Below are positions 16,195-25,979 of a stretch of DNA of 64,000 nt, in pieces. The notes under the pieces were generated by a model. The model was not told the origin of the DNA, made no database searches, and saw only the letters and a list, made by a program, of their open reading frames with translations. How positions within the stretch are numbered: position 1 is the first letter of the stretch; each line of letters begins with the position of its first letter. The DNA is from Akkermansia sp. (GTDB lineage Bacteria > Verrucomicrobiota > Verrucomicrobiia > Verrucomicrobiales > Akkermansiaceae). The stretch spans positions 26,887 to 90,886 of the forward strand of contig JAFWYD010000089.1 in the NCBI GenBank assembly GCA_017517805.1, given 5' to 3'. The translations under genes and the position numbers were made by a program.

Positions 16195-17529
16195 TCAGCG
16201 GCGGCGCTTTCTGCCCTCTTCCTTCGCCTTGGGAGACATGCTGATCTGGAAGGCTTTTTCCGGGGAATTGGCCCAGGAGGCGCAGCTCATGATGCCTGCC
16301 AGCTTACCCTCTTTGCTCAGCTGCAGCGAAAGCATGCCATCCTTGGCATCGTAGACCTCAGCTGTCGGCTGGTCGGGGTCGTACTGACCATCGTAAATGG
16401 TGATGTCCACCTGGGCGGTGCCATCCTCGCGCGGAGTGAGGTCGCAGCGGCCAATGATATCGAGGCTGGCATCCGGCAGCTTGGTGTCGTAGATGGTACC
16501 TACGAACTGCACGGAGTTGTCGAATTGCCTGGATTCCTCAATGTGCAGGGAAATCTCACCGAAACGCTTATCGCGGGTCCACTCTCCGGAGAAGAGCTTG
16601 CCGGCAGCCAGCGCCTGCACATAGCCCTGGATGTTTGCCTGGCGGGCAGCCTCCTGAGCGGCGGCCTGCTCAGTCATGCGGCGGGCTTCTTCCTCGGCCC
16701 GGGCCTGGTGCTCGGTCAGCGTGCTGCGGGCGGCTTCTTCGCGGCTCTTGATGTAGGGCTCAGCAAGCTGGTTGAAGGCGGCTACCTTTTCGCGGATGGC
16801 GGCCTTGCGCTGCTCCTGGAACTCAGGGGAGATGATGGGGGCATCCTGCGGCAGAGCACTCTGGGCTGTGTAGTCGTTGAGTGCAAGCAGGGCTGCGTTG
16901 TCAACCACGATATTGCTGAACTGCCAGGCCCCGTCGGTATATTTGGCTGTAAAGGTGGCAGAGGCTTCCACTTCATCCCCGGCGTTTACTACCTTGCGGA
17001 AGACGGGAGCCTCAGCCAGTTCCTTGAGTTCATTGAGGGGCGTGAGCAGGTGCTCGGGCAGGGGCTTTGCCTTGCGGTCTTCCTCGGTAATCAGGTCAGT
17101 TGTGGCTCCCACCTGGAACAGGTAGACCGATTCAGGCTTCATGGCTGCATTGGCCGCTTCGTTCACGGCCTGGCGTTCCTTGTTGAGCTCGGCAGGGGCC
17201 AGCTCCTTGGCATACATGTCCTCCTTGACCTTCATCCGGAGGCTTGCTCCCATGCTGATGCTTTCATCGGTGTTCCGGGTCGGGGTGCCGCAGGTGAGTT
17301 GCCCGGCATCAGCGGCATCGCATCCGCTGAGCTGCTCCATGAGCATGCGGGTGATTTCCTCATTGCCTGGCTCAGTAGGGATGGCGGGGGCTGCCGGTTC
17401 GGCTGGGGTCTGCTCAGCCGGGGTGGCGCTTTCCTCTCCGGAAAATACCTGCTTGATTTCATCGAAGCAGGATGTGAGCAGGGTGGCAGAGGCCGTCAGG
17501 GCGATGGTCTGGATAATCAGTCTCTTCAT
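16195..17529 (-). CDS. Hypothetical lipoprotein with central charged coiled-coil-like segment
   Basis: Start at MKRLIIQTIALTASATLLTSC (lipobox), 12 codons inside the ORF-track start. No recognisable catalytic motif. Confidence 0.6.
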   Translation of the reverse strand: MKRLIIQTIALTASATLLTSCFDEIKQVFSGEESATPAEQTPAEPAAPAIPTEPGNEEITRMLMEQLSGCDAADAGQLTCGTPTRNTDESISMGASLRMKVKEDMYAKELAPAELNKERQAVNEAANAAMKPESVYLFQVGATTDLITEEDRKAKPLPEHLLTPLNELKELAEAPVFRKVVNAGDEVEASATFTAKYTDGAWQFSNIVVDNAALLALNDYTAQSALPQDAPIISPEFQEQRKAAIREKVAAFNQLAEPYIKSREEAARSTLTEHQARAEEEARRMTEQAAAQEAARQANIQGYVQALAAGKLFSGEWTRDKRFGEISLHIEESRQFDNSVQFVGTIYDTKLPDASLDIIGRCDLTPREDGTAQVDITIYDGQYDPDQPTAEVYDAKDGMLSLQLSKEGKLAGIMSCASWANSPEKAFQISMSPKAKEEGRKRRR

Positions 17530-17696
17530 GTTTCTGTGCGGACGTAGATTGGCTCTATATTGCACTATTTGCAGCCCGATGTCAAGCAGACGGCGCGTTA
17601 TGCACCGCTATGCGTTACAAAAAAGCAACATGTTGAGCAGAGCTTGCCGAAAATGATTGCCAGCTGGGGTATTATCTGCTAGACTTACGGAAGCTC

Positions 17697-19541
17697 ATGA
17701 GTACACCAGAAAAAGATACCGTGTGGGGGGTGTTCAAACCGCTTTTGAAGAAATACTTCCTGCCCCGGTGGTATGTGATAGCAGTAGGGATTATGGCCGG
17801 CCTGGTTGCGGCGGCTATGGCCGGTTTTGGTTTGCCGTTCATGACCCAGTATGTGTTTCCCATTGTGTTCGGGACGGTTGAACCACCTCAATATCTGAGC
17901 CGATTCATTGAACTGCATGTAGCGCCGGAGTCCAGGGAAAATGCAGTGCTCTGGTTGTCCGCTGCCCTGATTCCCCTGGTGATGACCATACGCGGACTGG
18001 CAACTTATTTCAATACCTACATACTGACCCGGGTGGGTACGGAAGCTCTGCTCGAACTGCGGACGGATGTTTTTACGCGACTGCAATGGCTTTCTTTCTC
18101 CTTCTTTGACCGCCGCTCCCGCGGCGATATCATGACCGTGGTTATCCAATATACCCAACTGGCGCAGCAGGGGCTCGTGGCTGTCATGAATGAATTGGTT
18201 ATCCAGCCTCTTACTTTGATTTCGGCAGGTGGGTATCTGGTGTACGCTGCGTGTTCCAGTAATCAGAATGCCATTCTTCTGGGAAACCTCATCATTTCAT
18301 GTGCCTGTATTCCGATTGTGCGGGCTGTGGGGAAGCGCATGACCAAACAGACGGGGAAGATGCTCAAGAATATGGGTATCATCACTACCGTGGTTGAGGA
18401 AACTTTCTCGGCCCAGCGTGAGGTCCGTGCCTTTAACCTGGAATCTCACCGAGAGTCGCTGCTTCGCGACTGCATCCGCAGGTTCAATTCTGTTCTCATC
18501 CGCATGACTGCCTGGAAACAGAGTGTAACCCCGTCGGTTGAGTTTGTTGCAGCTCTGGCTCTTGCGTACTCATTGTACCGGGGATGCAGTAGCGGGTTGA
18601 CCCTGGAGCAGTTTTCCGCTATCGCTTTTGCTTTTTATTTCTGTTATGAACCCGTCAAGCACCTGAGCAACGTATACAATCAGTGCCAGGTGATGGCGGT
18701 CGGAATCAGAGGAATCAACGAGATTCTCCATGCTGTGGATGAAACGCCGGAGCCGGCAACTCCGGCGAAGATGACGATGCCGGTGGCTGGAGCGGTCGAT
18801 TTTGAAAATGTGGATTTCGGTTATAATGAGGAAAAGACTGTCCTTAGGAATGTGAATGTGCATGTACCTGCGGGGCAGGTTGTTGCTCTGGTTGGTCCGA
18901 GTGGTTCCGGCAAGACTTCATTCATCAATCTCATCTGCCGGTTCTACGATGTGAACCGCGGGTGTGTCAGACTGGATGGCGTAGATGTGCGCCAGATTTC
19001 CCGGGAAGACCGGACCCGGAGTATAGGCCTTGTGTCCCAGTTTGCGGCTCTGTTCAATGATACGATATATGAGAACATACGGGCAGGTCGCCCTTCTGCC
19101 AGCAGAGAGGAGGTGTTGGCTGCGGCTCGTAAAGCCAGAGTCGATGAGTTTGCTGAAAGTACCCCCGAAGGTTATGAACGGATGCTGGGTGAGAGCGGTT
19201 CCGGGCTTTCCGGTGGCCAGCGGCAGCGAATTTCCATTGCTCGTGCCTTCCTGAAGAATGCACCGGTGTTGATTCTCGATGAAGCAACCTCCGCTTTGGA
19301 TATGAAGAGCGAGGCTGCCATCCAGGCAGAGCTGGAAGAACTGGCCAAGGGCCACACCACCTTTGTGATTGCTCACCGTTTCAGCACGATTCGCATGGCT
19401 CAGCGTATCCTGGTTTTTGATGATGGGTGTATCATTGCCGATGGAACCCATGCCGATTTGTACGAGACTTGCTCTTTGTACCGCAATCTGTATGATGAGC
19501 AGGTGCGCCAGGCTGAACAGGAAAGGGGGACTGAAGTATGA
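17697..19541 (+). CDS. ABC exporter, fused TMD-NBD half transporter (MsbA-like type I exporter), subunit 1
   Basis: 614 aa. N-terminal six-TM region, Walker A GPSGSGKTS, signature LSGGQRQRISIARA, Walker B VLILDEATSALD. Confidence 0.9.
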   Translation: MSTPEKDTVWGVFKPLLKKYFLPRWYVIAVGIMAGLVAAAMAGFGLPFMTQYVFPIVFGTVEPPQYLSRFIELHVAPESRENAVLWLSAALIPLVMTIRGLATYFNTYILTRVGTEALLELRTDVFTRLQWLSFSFFDRRSRGDIMTVVIQYTQLAQQGLVAVMNELVIQPLTLISAGGYLVYAACSSNQNAILLGNLIISCACIPIVRAVGKRMTKQTGKMLKNMGIITTVVEETFSAQREVRAFNLESHRESLLRDCIRRFNSVLIRMTAWKQSVTPSVEFVAALALAYSLYRGCSSGLTLEQFSAIAFAFYFCYEPVKHLSNVYNQCQVMAVGIRGINEILHAVDETPEPATPAKMTMPVAGAVDFENVDFGYNEEKTVLRNVNVHVPAGQVVALVGPSGSGKTSFINLICRFYDVNRGCVRLDGVDVRQISREDRTRSIGLVSQFAALFNDTIYENIRAGRPSASREEVLAAARKARVDEFAESTPEGYERMLGESGSGLSGGQRQRISIARAFLKNAPVLILDEATSALDMKSEAAIQAELEELAKGHTTFVIAHRFSTIRMAQRILVFDDGCIIADGTHADLYETCSLYRNLYDEQVRQAEQERGTEV

Positions 19542-21325
19542 AGAATCTGATTTATTTTTTAAAACGGTTTATGCTGCCCCATGCGGGGATGTTTACCATG
19601 GTGCTCTGCACCGGAATGATAGCGGCGGCGGCTAGTGGTGCCGGTGTGCCGTTCATGGTGAAGTATGTGTTCCCTGTCGTGTTCCGGAACGAAAACGGAG
19701 CGATGCCGGAACTGCTGGAGTTGATCCCATCGCTGCAGTCGCTCTCTCCCGGCACTCTGCTGATGATGGCATGCGCGGCGATGCCTGCTGTCTTCCTCAT
19801 CCGCGGTGTGGCCATGTGGGGCAATGCGGTCCTGGTGAGTGTGCTGGGTATACGTATCCTGGAAACGCTGCGTATGCAAGTGTTCAGCCGGGTGCAGGAA
19901 CTCCCCATTGCTTTCATGGAAAGTCGCAAGAAGGGTGACATCATCAGCCGTATCCTGACAGATACAGCCAATGTCCAGAGTATTCTCACCACGGTTTCCA
20001 ATGATTTGATCAAGCAGCCGATTATGGCACTCTGCTCCATCTCGGCCTTTGTTTTCTTGCTGGTCGCCTCTGGTCAGGGAATACTCTTCCTGGTGAATAT
20101 ATTATTCATCGCCCTAGCGGCCTGGCCTATCATCGAATTCGGTCGCCGCATTTCTCAGAAATCGCAGCGCGCTCAACAGGGGCTTGGTGAGTTGAATGCG
20201 GCAGTACAGCAGAATCTCGAAAACCAGCGGGAGGTGCGGGCCTATGCCATGGAGGAACGCCAGATTGAGTATTTTGCCAATGCTTCCCGGCGCCTGCGTA
20301 CCAATCTGGTCAAACTGGTAAAGTACCAGAAGGCGCTCATCCCGGTGATGGAGGTAGTAACCGCGCTGGCTCTGGCATTCCTTCTGGTGCGCGGCAGGCT
20401 CTACGGATTGCAGCTGACTGATTTCATGGCCATTGCCGCGGCATTGTTCTTTGCGTTTGATTCCATGAAGCGCGCTGGTACGGCCTGGAACCGCTTCAAC
20501 GAGGCTCAGGGGGCCATCAGACGCCTGGCAGAGGTACTGATGGAGCCCAATAATATCCCCGAACCGGAGAATCCCAAGGTGTTCTCATCTCCTGTCAGGG
20601 GCGAGATCCGTTTCCGCAACGTGACATTCGGATACGAACCGGATAAACCCGTGCTGCGTGGTGTGGACCTGACCATACCCGCGGGTCAGATTGTGGGCCT
20701 GGTGGGCCCCAGCGGCTCAGGCAAGACTACCTTTGCCTCGTTAATTCCCCGTTTCTACGAAGTGAGTCAGGGTGCTGTCGAGGTGGATGGTATTGATGTG
20801 CGCGAACTGCGTCCTCATGATTTGCGTGAGCAGCTTTCCTTGGTGGGGCAGCAGGCCTTGCTCTTTGCCGGCTCCATTCGTGAGAATATCCGCCTGGGAC
20901 GCCTCGATGCTACCGATGAGGAAATCATTGCTGCGGCAGATTCTGCAGCGGTCTCCAAGTTTCTGGAATCTCAGCCGCAGGGAATCGATACGGAACTGGG
21001 GCAGGGCGGTGCCGGGCTTTCCGGCGGGCAGAGGCAGAGGGTGGCTATTGCTCGAGCCTTTGTGAAGGATGCGCCGATTCTCATCCTCGATGAGGCTACC
21101 GCCTCTCTTGATGCGGAGAGTGAGCGCGAGATTCAGGAGGAGCTTGATAAGCTAGCCCAGGGGCGCACCACTCTCATCGTCGCGCATCGTTTCAGTACGA
21201 TTCGTAATGCTCACCGAATCCTTGTCTTTGACTATGGTCGGATTGTGGGCGATGGTACGCATGAGGAACTTTATGCCAACTGTCCGCTATACAAGGAGTT
21301 GTACGACAGGCAGGGTATTGAATGA
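19538..21325 (+). CDS. ABC exporter, fused TMD-NBD half transporter, subunit 2
   Basis: 595 aa. Walker A GPSGSGKTT, signature LSGGQRQRVAIARA, Walker B ILILDEATASLD. 4-nt overlap with subunit 1. Confidence 0.9.
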   Translation: MKNLIYFLKRFMLPHAGMFTMVLCTGMIAAAASGAGVPFMVKYVFPVVFRNENGAMPELLELIPSLQSLSPGTLLMMACAAMPAVFLIRGVAMWGNAVLVSVLGIRILETLRMQVFSRVQELPIAFMESRKKGDIISRILTDTANVQSILTTVSNDLIKQPIMALCSISAFVFLLVASGQGILFLVNILFIALAAWPIIEFGRRISQKSQRAQQGLGELNAAVQQNLENQREVRAYAMEERQIEYFANASRRLRTNLVKLVKYQKALIPVMEVVTALALAFLLVRGRLYGLQLTDFMAIAAALFFAFDSMKRAGTAWNRFNEAQGAIRRLAEVLMEPNNIPEPENPKVFSSPVRGEIRFRNVTFGYEPDKPVLRGVDLTIPAGQIVGLVGPSGSGKTTFASLIPRFYEVSQGAVEVDGIDVRELRPHDLREQLSLVGQQALLFAGSIRENIRLGRLDATDEEIIAAADSAAVSKFLESQPQGIDTELGQGGAGLSGGQRQRVAIARAFVKDAPILILDEATASLDAESEREIQEELDKLAQGRTTLIVAHRFSTIRNAHRILVFDYGRIVGDGTHEELYANCPLYKELYDRQGIE

Positions 21326-21338
21326 TCTAACCTGGATT

Positions 21339-21725
21339 ATGAAAAAAATGAAAAAAATACTGCTGATGTTTCCCTTGCTCAGCTGCCTGTTGCTGTTAGC
21401 ATCGTGCTGCACTCGGGAAATTGGAAATGTGGCGTTGATAACGACTCAGCCCATGGATTATAATCATGCTGCGGGGCGTTATTACGTGGATACGACTCGA
21501 GTGGTCACGGGCAAGGCCGGAGCGGGACCACGCGACGGTTGGCATGCTCTCCATGCCGGTGTGTATGAGGCTGCGGCAGATGCCGTGGCTCAGGGCGGGG
21601 CTCGCTGTGTCGGTGTTGCCAATGCAGAGGTGGAATGGACAGGCTCTTCGTTTCAATACGGTTTAATCGGGTTCTTTGCTGAGCATCAGTATACAGTAAA
21701 GGGAAATCCTGTTTATCAGCGTTGA
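21339..21725 (+). CDS. Small lipoprotein, paralog 1
   Basis: Start MKKMKKILLMFPLLSCLLLLASC (lipobox), internal to the ORF-track ORF that overlaps the ABC gene. Shares a C-terminal pattern with the next gene. Confidence 0.65.
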   Translation: MKKMKKILLMFPLLSCLLLLASCCTREIGNVALITTQPMDYNHAAGRYYVDTTRVVTGKAGAGPRDGWHALHAGVYEAAADAVAQGGARCVGVANAEVEWTGSSFQYGLIGFFAEHQYTVKGNPVYQR

Positions 21726-21760
21726 GTATGTTGTCATGATTGATTAGTATGTGTAGCTTT

Positions 21761-22105
21761 ATGAAAAAGTGTTTTGTTATCCTCTGTGCTCTGGCGTTTT
21801 GTTCTTGCTCCAGTTCGAAGTATAAACTGTCCGCAGTCATTACTGATGCAAGTGTGTTGCGCTCCGATAAAACATACGAAAATGGTCCGGATGTGGTGCG
21901 GGGCGATTCTCTCGCGGCAACCCTTTTGTTCATGCCGACCGGGAGCCCGAGCATTGAAGATGCGGTCAAGAATGCTGCTGCTAAGTGCGAGGGAAACTGC
22001 ATAGGCCTTTCGGATGTCCTTGTGGAGCATAATGTGAATAACATGCTGCTTCTTTTCGGCTCGAATTCGGTCAGAGTGATCGGATACCCGATTATTCAGA
22101 AATAA
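21761..22105 (+). CDS. Small lipoprotein, paralog 2
   Basis: Start MKKCFVILCALAFCSC (lipobox). Similar architecture: A..DAV..(G/A)..C.G(L/V), then a short beta-like tail ending G(N/Y)P(V/I). Confidence 0.65.
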   Translation: MKKCFVILCALAFCSCSSSKYKLSAVITDASVLRSDKTYENGPDVVRGDSLAATLLFMPTGSPSIEDAVKNAAAKCEGNCIGLSDVLVEHNVNNMLLLFGSNSVRVIGYPIIQK

Positions 22106-22130
22106 AATGGGGTTACTGCCTCCCCATTTT
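22104..22130 (+). terminator. Rho-independent terminator after the lipoprotein pair
   Basis: Stem aaaatgggg/ccccatttt, loop ttactgcct. The T-run is part of the stem. Confidence 0.7.
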
Positions 22131-22197
22131 CATCTGCTCCCGAAACTCTGGCTCCGGCTTTTTCTTCAGGAAAAGTCGGGGCTTTGCTTCTTCCTGC

Positions 22198-22226
22198 TTG
22201 CTATTGGAGCGGCTTTGGGGTACAAT
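22198..22226 (+). promoter_or_regulatory. Sigma70-type promoter of the 22257 gene
   Basis: TTGCTA (22198-22203), 17-nt spacer, TACAAT (22221-22226), 30 nt before the ATG. Confidence 0.55.
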
Positions 22227-22256
22227 GTGCAAGCGTAGCATATCATCATCACTCTC

Positions 22257-23051
22257 ATGGCACACGAAACAGCATTCCTGGGTGCGAGCACGGTTTTTGG
22301 CAAATATTGGACAAAACGCCGCTTCTTCGATTACCTGATTGATAAGGAAAATTTCAAACTGACCTTCGGTCGGTCATTCGGGATGATGGTGTATCTGGAT
22401 AATGCTGTGGCAAATGGCCCGGCAAAGGTGCGGGCAGATGTGGAGGCCGACACCCGCGCAACGAATTATCTGATCAATCACCTGGCTGATATCAAGCCGG
22501 AGTTGACGGTGTTTGTGACGACCTGCGATATGCTCACCGACACGGCAGATGAGAATACCCCGGTGCTGGAAAACAGCGTGGATCCCTATGTGCAGAACCG
22601 CATCAATCTTTACAAGGAGCTCAATCGCCAGTACGGTCGGGTACTGAATGTCCACCTGCCGGAAATTGCCAACCCCGACCCGGATTTTAATCCTCTTCTG
22701 GCGACTTTGCTTGCCCCGGATACTTCGAAGAAGCCTTTGCCATTTGCTCCGTTGGAATACCACCAGCTCTACCTGCCGCAGCGTATCATGGGTGATGTGG
22801 ACCGCTGCATCCCGCTGGGGATTCCTGCAATCATCCCCGCCATGCCGCCGTTGACTACCACGGAGCTGGTGAACCTGCTGAATCCGGCGCTGGCGAAGCG
22901 TCTGCGTGACCCCGAGACGAGCGACCCCTTTGGCTCTGACCGCAAGTCGATTCACTCATTCCAGTGGCTGGATCCGAAGGACGGTTACCTGCTGACCAAG
23001 GAAGACCAGATGGAATTGCTCAAGTTCTATTTTGCACCGGATTTGCTGTGA
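22257..23051 (+). CDS. Hypothetical cytoplasmic protein (264 aa)
   Basis: Clean ORF with ATG, its own promoter and ordinary amino-acid composition. I see no signal peptide, TM helix or recognisable family motif. Confidence 0.6.
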   Translation: MAHETAFLGASTVFGKYWTKRRFFDYLIDKENFKLTFGRSFGMMVYLDNAVANGPAKVRADVEADTRATNYLINHLADIKPELTVFVTTCDMLTDTADENTPVLENSVDPYVQNRINLYKELNRQYGRVLNVHLPEIANPDPDFNPLLATLLAPDTSKKPLPFAPLEYHQLYLPQRIMGDVDRCIPLGIPAIIPAMPPLTTTELVNLLNPALAKRLRDPETSDPFGSDRKSIHSFQWLDPKDGYLLTKEDQMELLKFYFAPDLL

Positions 23052-23148
23052 GTCAGATAATAGTTATTCTAACTCCTTGAGCTCAGGATGCTAACTGAGT
23101 TATCTTCGCACGCAGCGGCTGCTTTGAACCTGCAGCCCTGTGTTTACT

Positions 23149-25824
23149 ATGAAGATAACGAACAAGCGAATACTGGCGTTGCTGGGCACCACGGCTTTTG
23201 TAGTGGTGGTTGGCACGATGAGTGGCAAGGCTGATGATACGACTGATAAGCAGGCATACCTGGATGGTACTCGGCGTGTGTTGGTCGGTGGATACGAGCT
23301 TCCACCGGATCTGGCAGGCGTGACCCGTGAAGCTGTCCTGGTGAGCGGTACGGGTAATCTGGCTGTGTTTGATACTACTACTTCGATTACCGATGCCACC
23401 AATACGGCAGGTGCTGTCAGCGGCCCGTACGAGGCTCCGTTTGTCAACAGCGGCATTAACCAGGTTCCGTATCTGGACGGCATAGCTGATGTGCGCGATG
23501 TGACCATCAATATGGATGGCGGCAAGGTGGGCTATCTCTGGGGGACTTACCAGTATTCAGATGTGGGCAGCGGCAAGATTACTCACAATATAAGCGGCGG
23601 CACGGTCGGCCTCCTTTATGGCGGTGCCAACCTGAATAATTCCACCAACGTGCGCCCAGGATATACTCCCGGGCAGGTAACCGGCGTGGAAATCAATATC
23701 TCCGGAGGTACCATAGGCCAGATTCGCGGCGGTAACTCCTCGGGCGAGGGGGCTGCTGAATCTGCTCAGGCGGTGGGTGCTGGTGGTGTGGTTATCAACC
23801 TGACTGGCGGAACCGTGGGTAAGGAAGGCCAGCAGGATGCCATCCGCGCCGGCGGTGGAGCCTACAATGATGTGGACGGCAAGGTTGTTGTCAATATCTC
23901 GGGTGATGATACTCAGGTGGTTGGCGATGTGTATGCCGGTGGCCGTGATTCCACGGTGGATTCTACAGAAATTAACATTTCAGGTGGCAATATTACTGGC
24001 AATGTCTATGGTGGTGGCACCTACGATGCCTCTGCAGCCAAGGTGACGAATGATACCTTGATTAACATCTCCGGCGGTTCGATTACGGGGGATGTTTACG
24101 GCGCTGGCATGAACGACCAGGTGGGCGGCAGCACCGCCATTGTCATGACCGGCAACACCGGGCAGGTAAGCGGTACAATCTACGGTGGCTCCAATAATGC
24201 CGCATCGGATGTTCCCGGAACAGTAGGTGGCAGCAAGACAATCGATTTCGGTACGGCTGAAACTCCATACGAAGGCTCTGTCAAATTGGCAGATTTTACC
24301 GCGGTCAATGTGAACAACGGCGTGACAACGATTGAAGCGCTGGCGAATGCTGCTGAAGGTACGACTGTGACAATCGAACGCAACGGTACCCTGAACACCA
24401 TGGCAGGTGTGATAAATGGAGTGGAAGCCCTTGAGGTTTTAGGTGGTACTGTCAATGTTGATATGAATGGAGGGAATGGTACGGCAGTAAGTGGCAATGC
24501 CCTTACTCTGGCTGAGGGCTCTTCTATCAATGTCTCCAATGCCGGGGATGATGCCGCTGGCATTTCCGTATTCGGCTTTGACCAGGTGGAGACCCAGGGA
24601 CCGCTGACGGTTACTCTCAATGGAGAGTCTGTATCCGGCAGTATGTGGAGTATGCAGGATGGTGTGCTCAGCATCAGGAAGTTGAATGCATATACGCTTG
24701 GATTGAATGCTAACCAGAGCCGTTTCTACACAGCCTTGCAGACCATGGAGGCCAGGGGGGTAGACTCGCCAGAGATTGCTTCGATTGTAAGGTCTCGCGA
24801 TGTGAATGCGGTGAAAGCTCAATTGAACTCACTCAGCGGTCATGAGTATGCTACTGCAATGAGCAGCCAGATTGACGGCAACATGGGGCACTTGCGCCGT
24901 TTGCGCGCGAGCATGGGCAAGGGGGTGCCCCTGGGCGCGGTGACTTCATACGTGCAGAATGAAGTGGTCTGCAACAAGGGAGGCGATGTCTCCGCCACGA
25001 CTGCGATTACCGATATGCGCCGCTGGCGCGTTGGTGTGCAGGGCTTTTATGAAGATAGCAAGATTGATGCCGATTCCCATGGCGATGGCTACGACCGCAG
25101 CGAGGCAGGTGCCATGCTGGTGGCTGAGTATTTTGTGGATGAAGGCATGACCGTTGGTGGCGCTCTTTCCTATGGTCGTACGAGTCTTGGGGTGGATGGT
25201 GCCCGCCGCCGCCACGAGGATAATACACGCTTCGACCTCTACAGCCTCTGCGGAAAGGACCGCTGGACCTTTGCCACCTCCATCGGCATGGGCTTCCACA
25301 CGCACCACATGCGCCGCATGCATCTGGACTCTGTGGATGCCGATGGCTACGCTATCAATTTCATGCACGAAGCCGCCTACTCGCTGAAGCGTACTGAAAC
25401 CTCCAATTGGCAAATCTTCGGTGCGGTGGAGAGCTCGTGGAACCACATGGATAGTTTCCGCGAACGCGGCGGTGCCAACGCGCTCTACATCCGCAAGCAG
25501 GATGCCTGGGCTACTGATGTGTCTATGGGCCTGCGCTACAGCGTGGCGCTCGACCCCATCGGCGATGCCCCGGCTGGCGTGTTCTCCATTCAGACGGGCG
25601 CTGTCGGCTCTGTGGGTGACCTGACCCCCGCTGTGAAGATGAGCATGAACGGTGTCGATTACCGCCAGGAATGCGCTTCCCGCGACCGCTGGGGCTGGGA
25701 AATCGGCGCATCGCTGGAGCTTCCCGTGAGCAGCTCTGTCTCCTTCTTCGGCACGGCTGAGGCCATTATCCGCGATGGCTCGCACAGTATCGACGGCCAG
25801 GTCGGTATGCGCGTCTCCTTCTGA
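23149..25824 (+). CDS. Autotransporter (type Va) with repetitive beta-helical passenger and C-terminal beta-barrel
   Basis: Signal MKITNKRILALLGTTAFVVVVG. The passenger is rich in I(S/T)GG(T/S)(V/I)xG repeats. C-terminal roughly 280 aa has alternating beta-strand patterning and ends GMRVSF (aromatic terminus). The ORF-track start 23140 is GTG. Confidence 0.85.
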   Translation: MKITNKRILALLGTTAFVVVVGTMSGKADDTTDKQAYLDGTRRVLVGGYELPPDLAGVTREAVLVSGTGNLAVFDTTTSITDATNTAGAVSGPYEAPFVNSGINQVPYLDGIADVRDVTINMDGGKVGYLWGTYQYSDVGSGKITHNISGGTVGLLYGGANLNNSTNVRPGYTPGQVTGVEINISGGTIGQIRGGNSSGEGAAESAQAVGAGGVVINLTGGTVGKEGQQDAIRAGGGAYNDVDGKVVVNISGDDTQVVGDVYAGGRDSTVDSTEINISGGNITGNVYGGGTYDASAAKVTNDTLINISGGSITGDVYGAGMNDQVGGSTAIVMTGNTGQVSGTIYGGSNNAASDVPGTVGGSKTIDFGTAETPYEGSVKLADFTAVNVNNGVTTIEALANAAEGTTVTIERNGTLNTMAGVINGVEALEVLGGTVNVDMNGGNGTAVSGNALTLAEGSSINVSNAGDDAAGISVFGFDQVETQGPLTVTLNGESVSGSMWSMQDGVLSIRKLNAYTLGLNANQSRFYTALQTMEARGVDSPEIASIVRSRDVNAVKAQLNSLSGHEYATAMSSQIDGNMGHLRRLRASMGKGVPLGAVTSYVQNEVVCNKGGDVSATTAITDMRRWRVGVQGFYEDSKIDADSHGDGYDRSEAGAMLVAEYFVDEGMTVGGALSYGRTSLGVDGARRRHEDNTRFDLYSLCGKDRWTFATSIGMGFHTHHMRRMHLDSVDADGYAINFMHEAAYSLKRTETSNWQIFGAVESSWNHMDSFRERGGANALYIRKQDAWATDVSMGLRYSVALDPIGDAPAGVFSIQTGAVGSVGDLTPAVKMSMNGVDYRQECASRDRWGWEIGASLELPVSSSVSFFGTAEAIIRDGSHSIDGQVGMRVSF

Positions 25825-25875
25825 ATCCTGTATCAAAACATGGGCGGTGCGTGGTTTTCCACGCACCGCCTGATA

Positions 25876-25909
25876 CTGCCCTGTCCCCTGAGCAGGGCAG
25901 ACTTTTTTT
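25876..25909 (+). terminator. Rho-independent terminator after the autotransporter gene
   Basis: Stem ctgccctg/cagggcag, then actttttttg. Preceded by a separate perfect 12-bp hairpin ggcggtgcgtgg/ccacgcaccgcc (about 25843-25871). Confidence 0.8.
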
Positions 25910-25979
25910 GAAGCTTCAGGCTTATCCGTAAGAGAAAAAGCTTGACTAGGAGGGAGTCCTCTGATACTCTCCGCGCGTT

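Noticed and set aside
15128-17700. Replication origin or parS cluster near parB
   Set aside because: No dnaA, dnaN or parA is present. By eye I saw no clusters of TTATCCACA-like boxes or TGTTTCACGTGAAACA-like palindromes in the flanking intergenic DNA. A computational motif scan was not possible.
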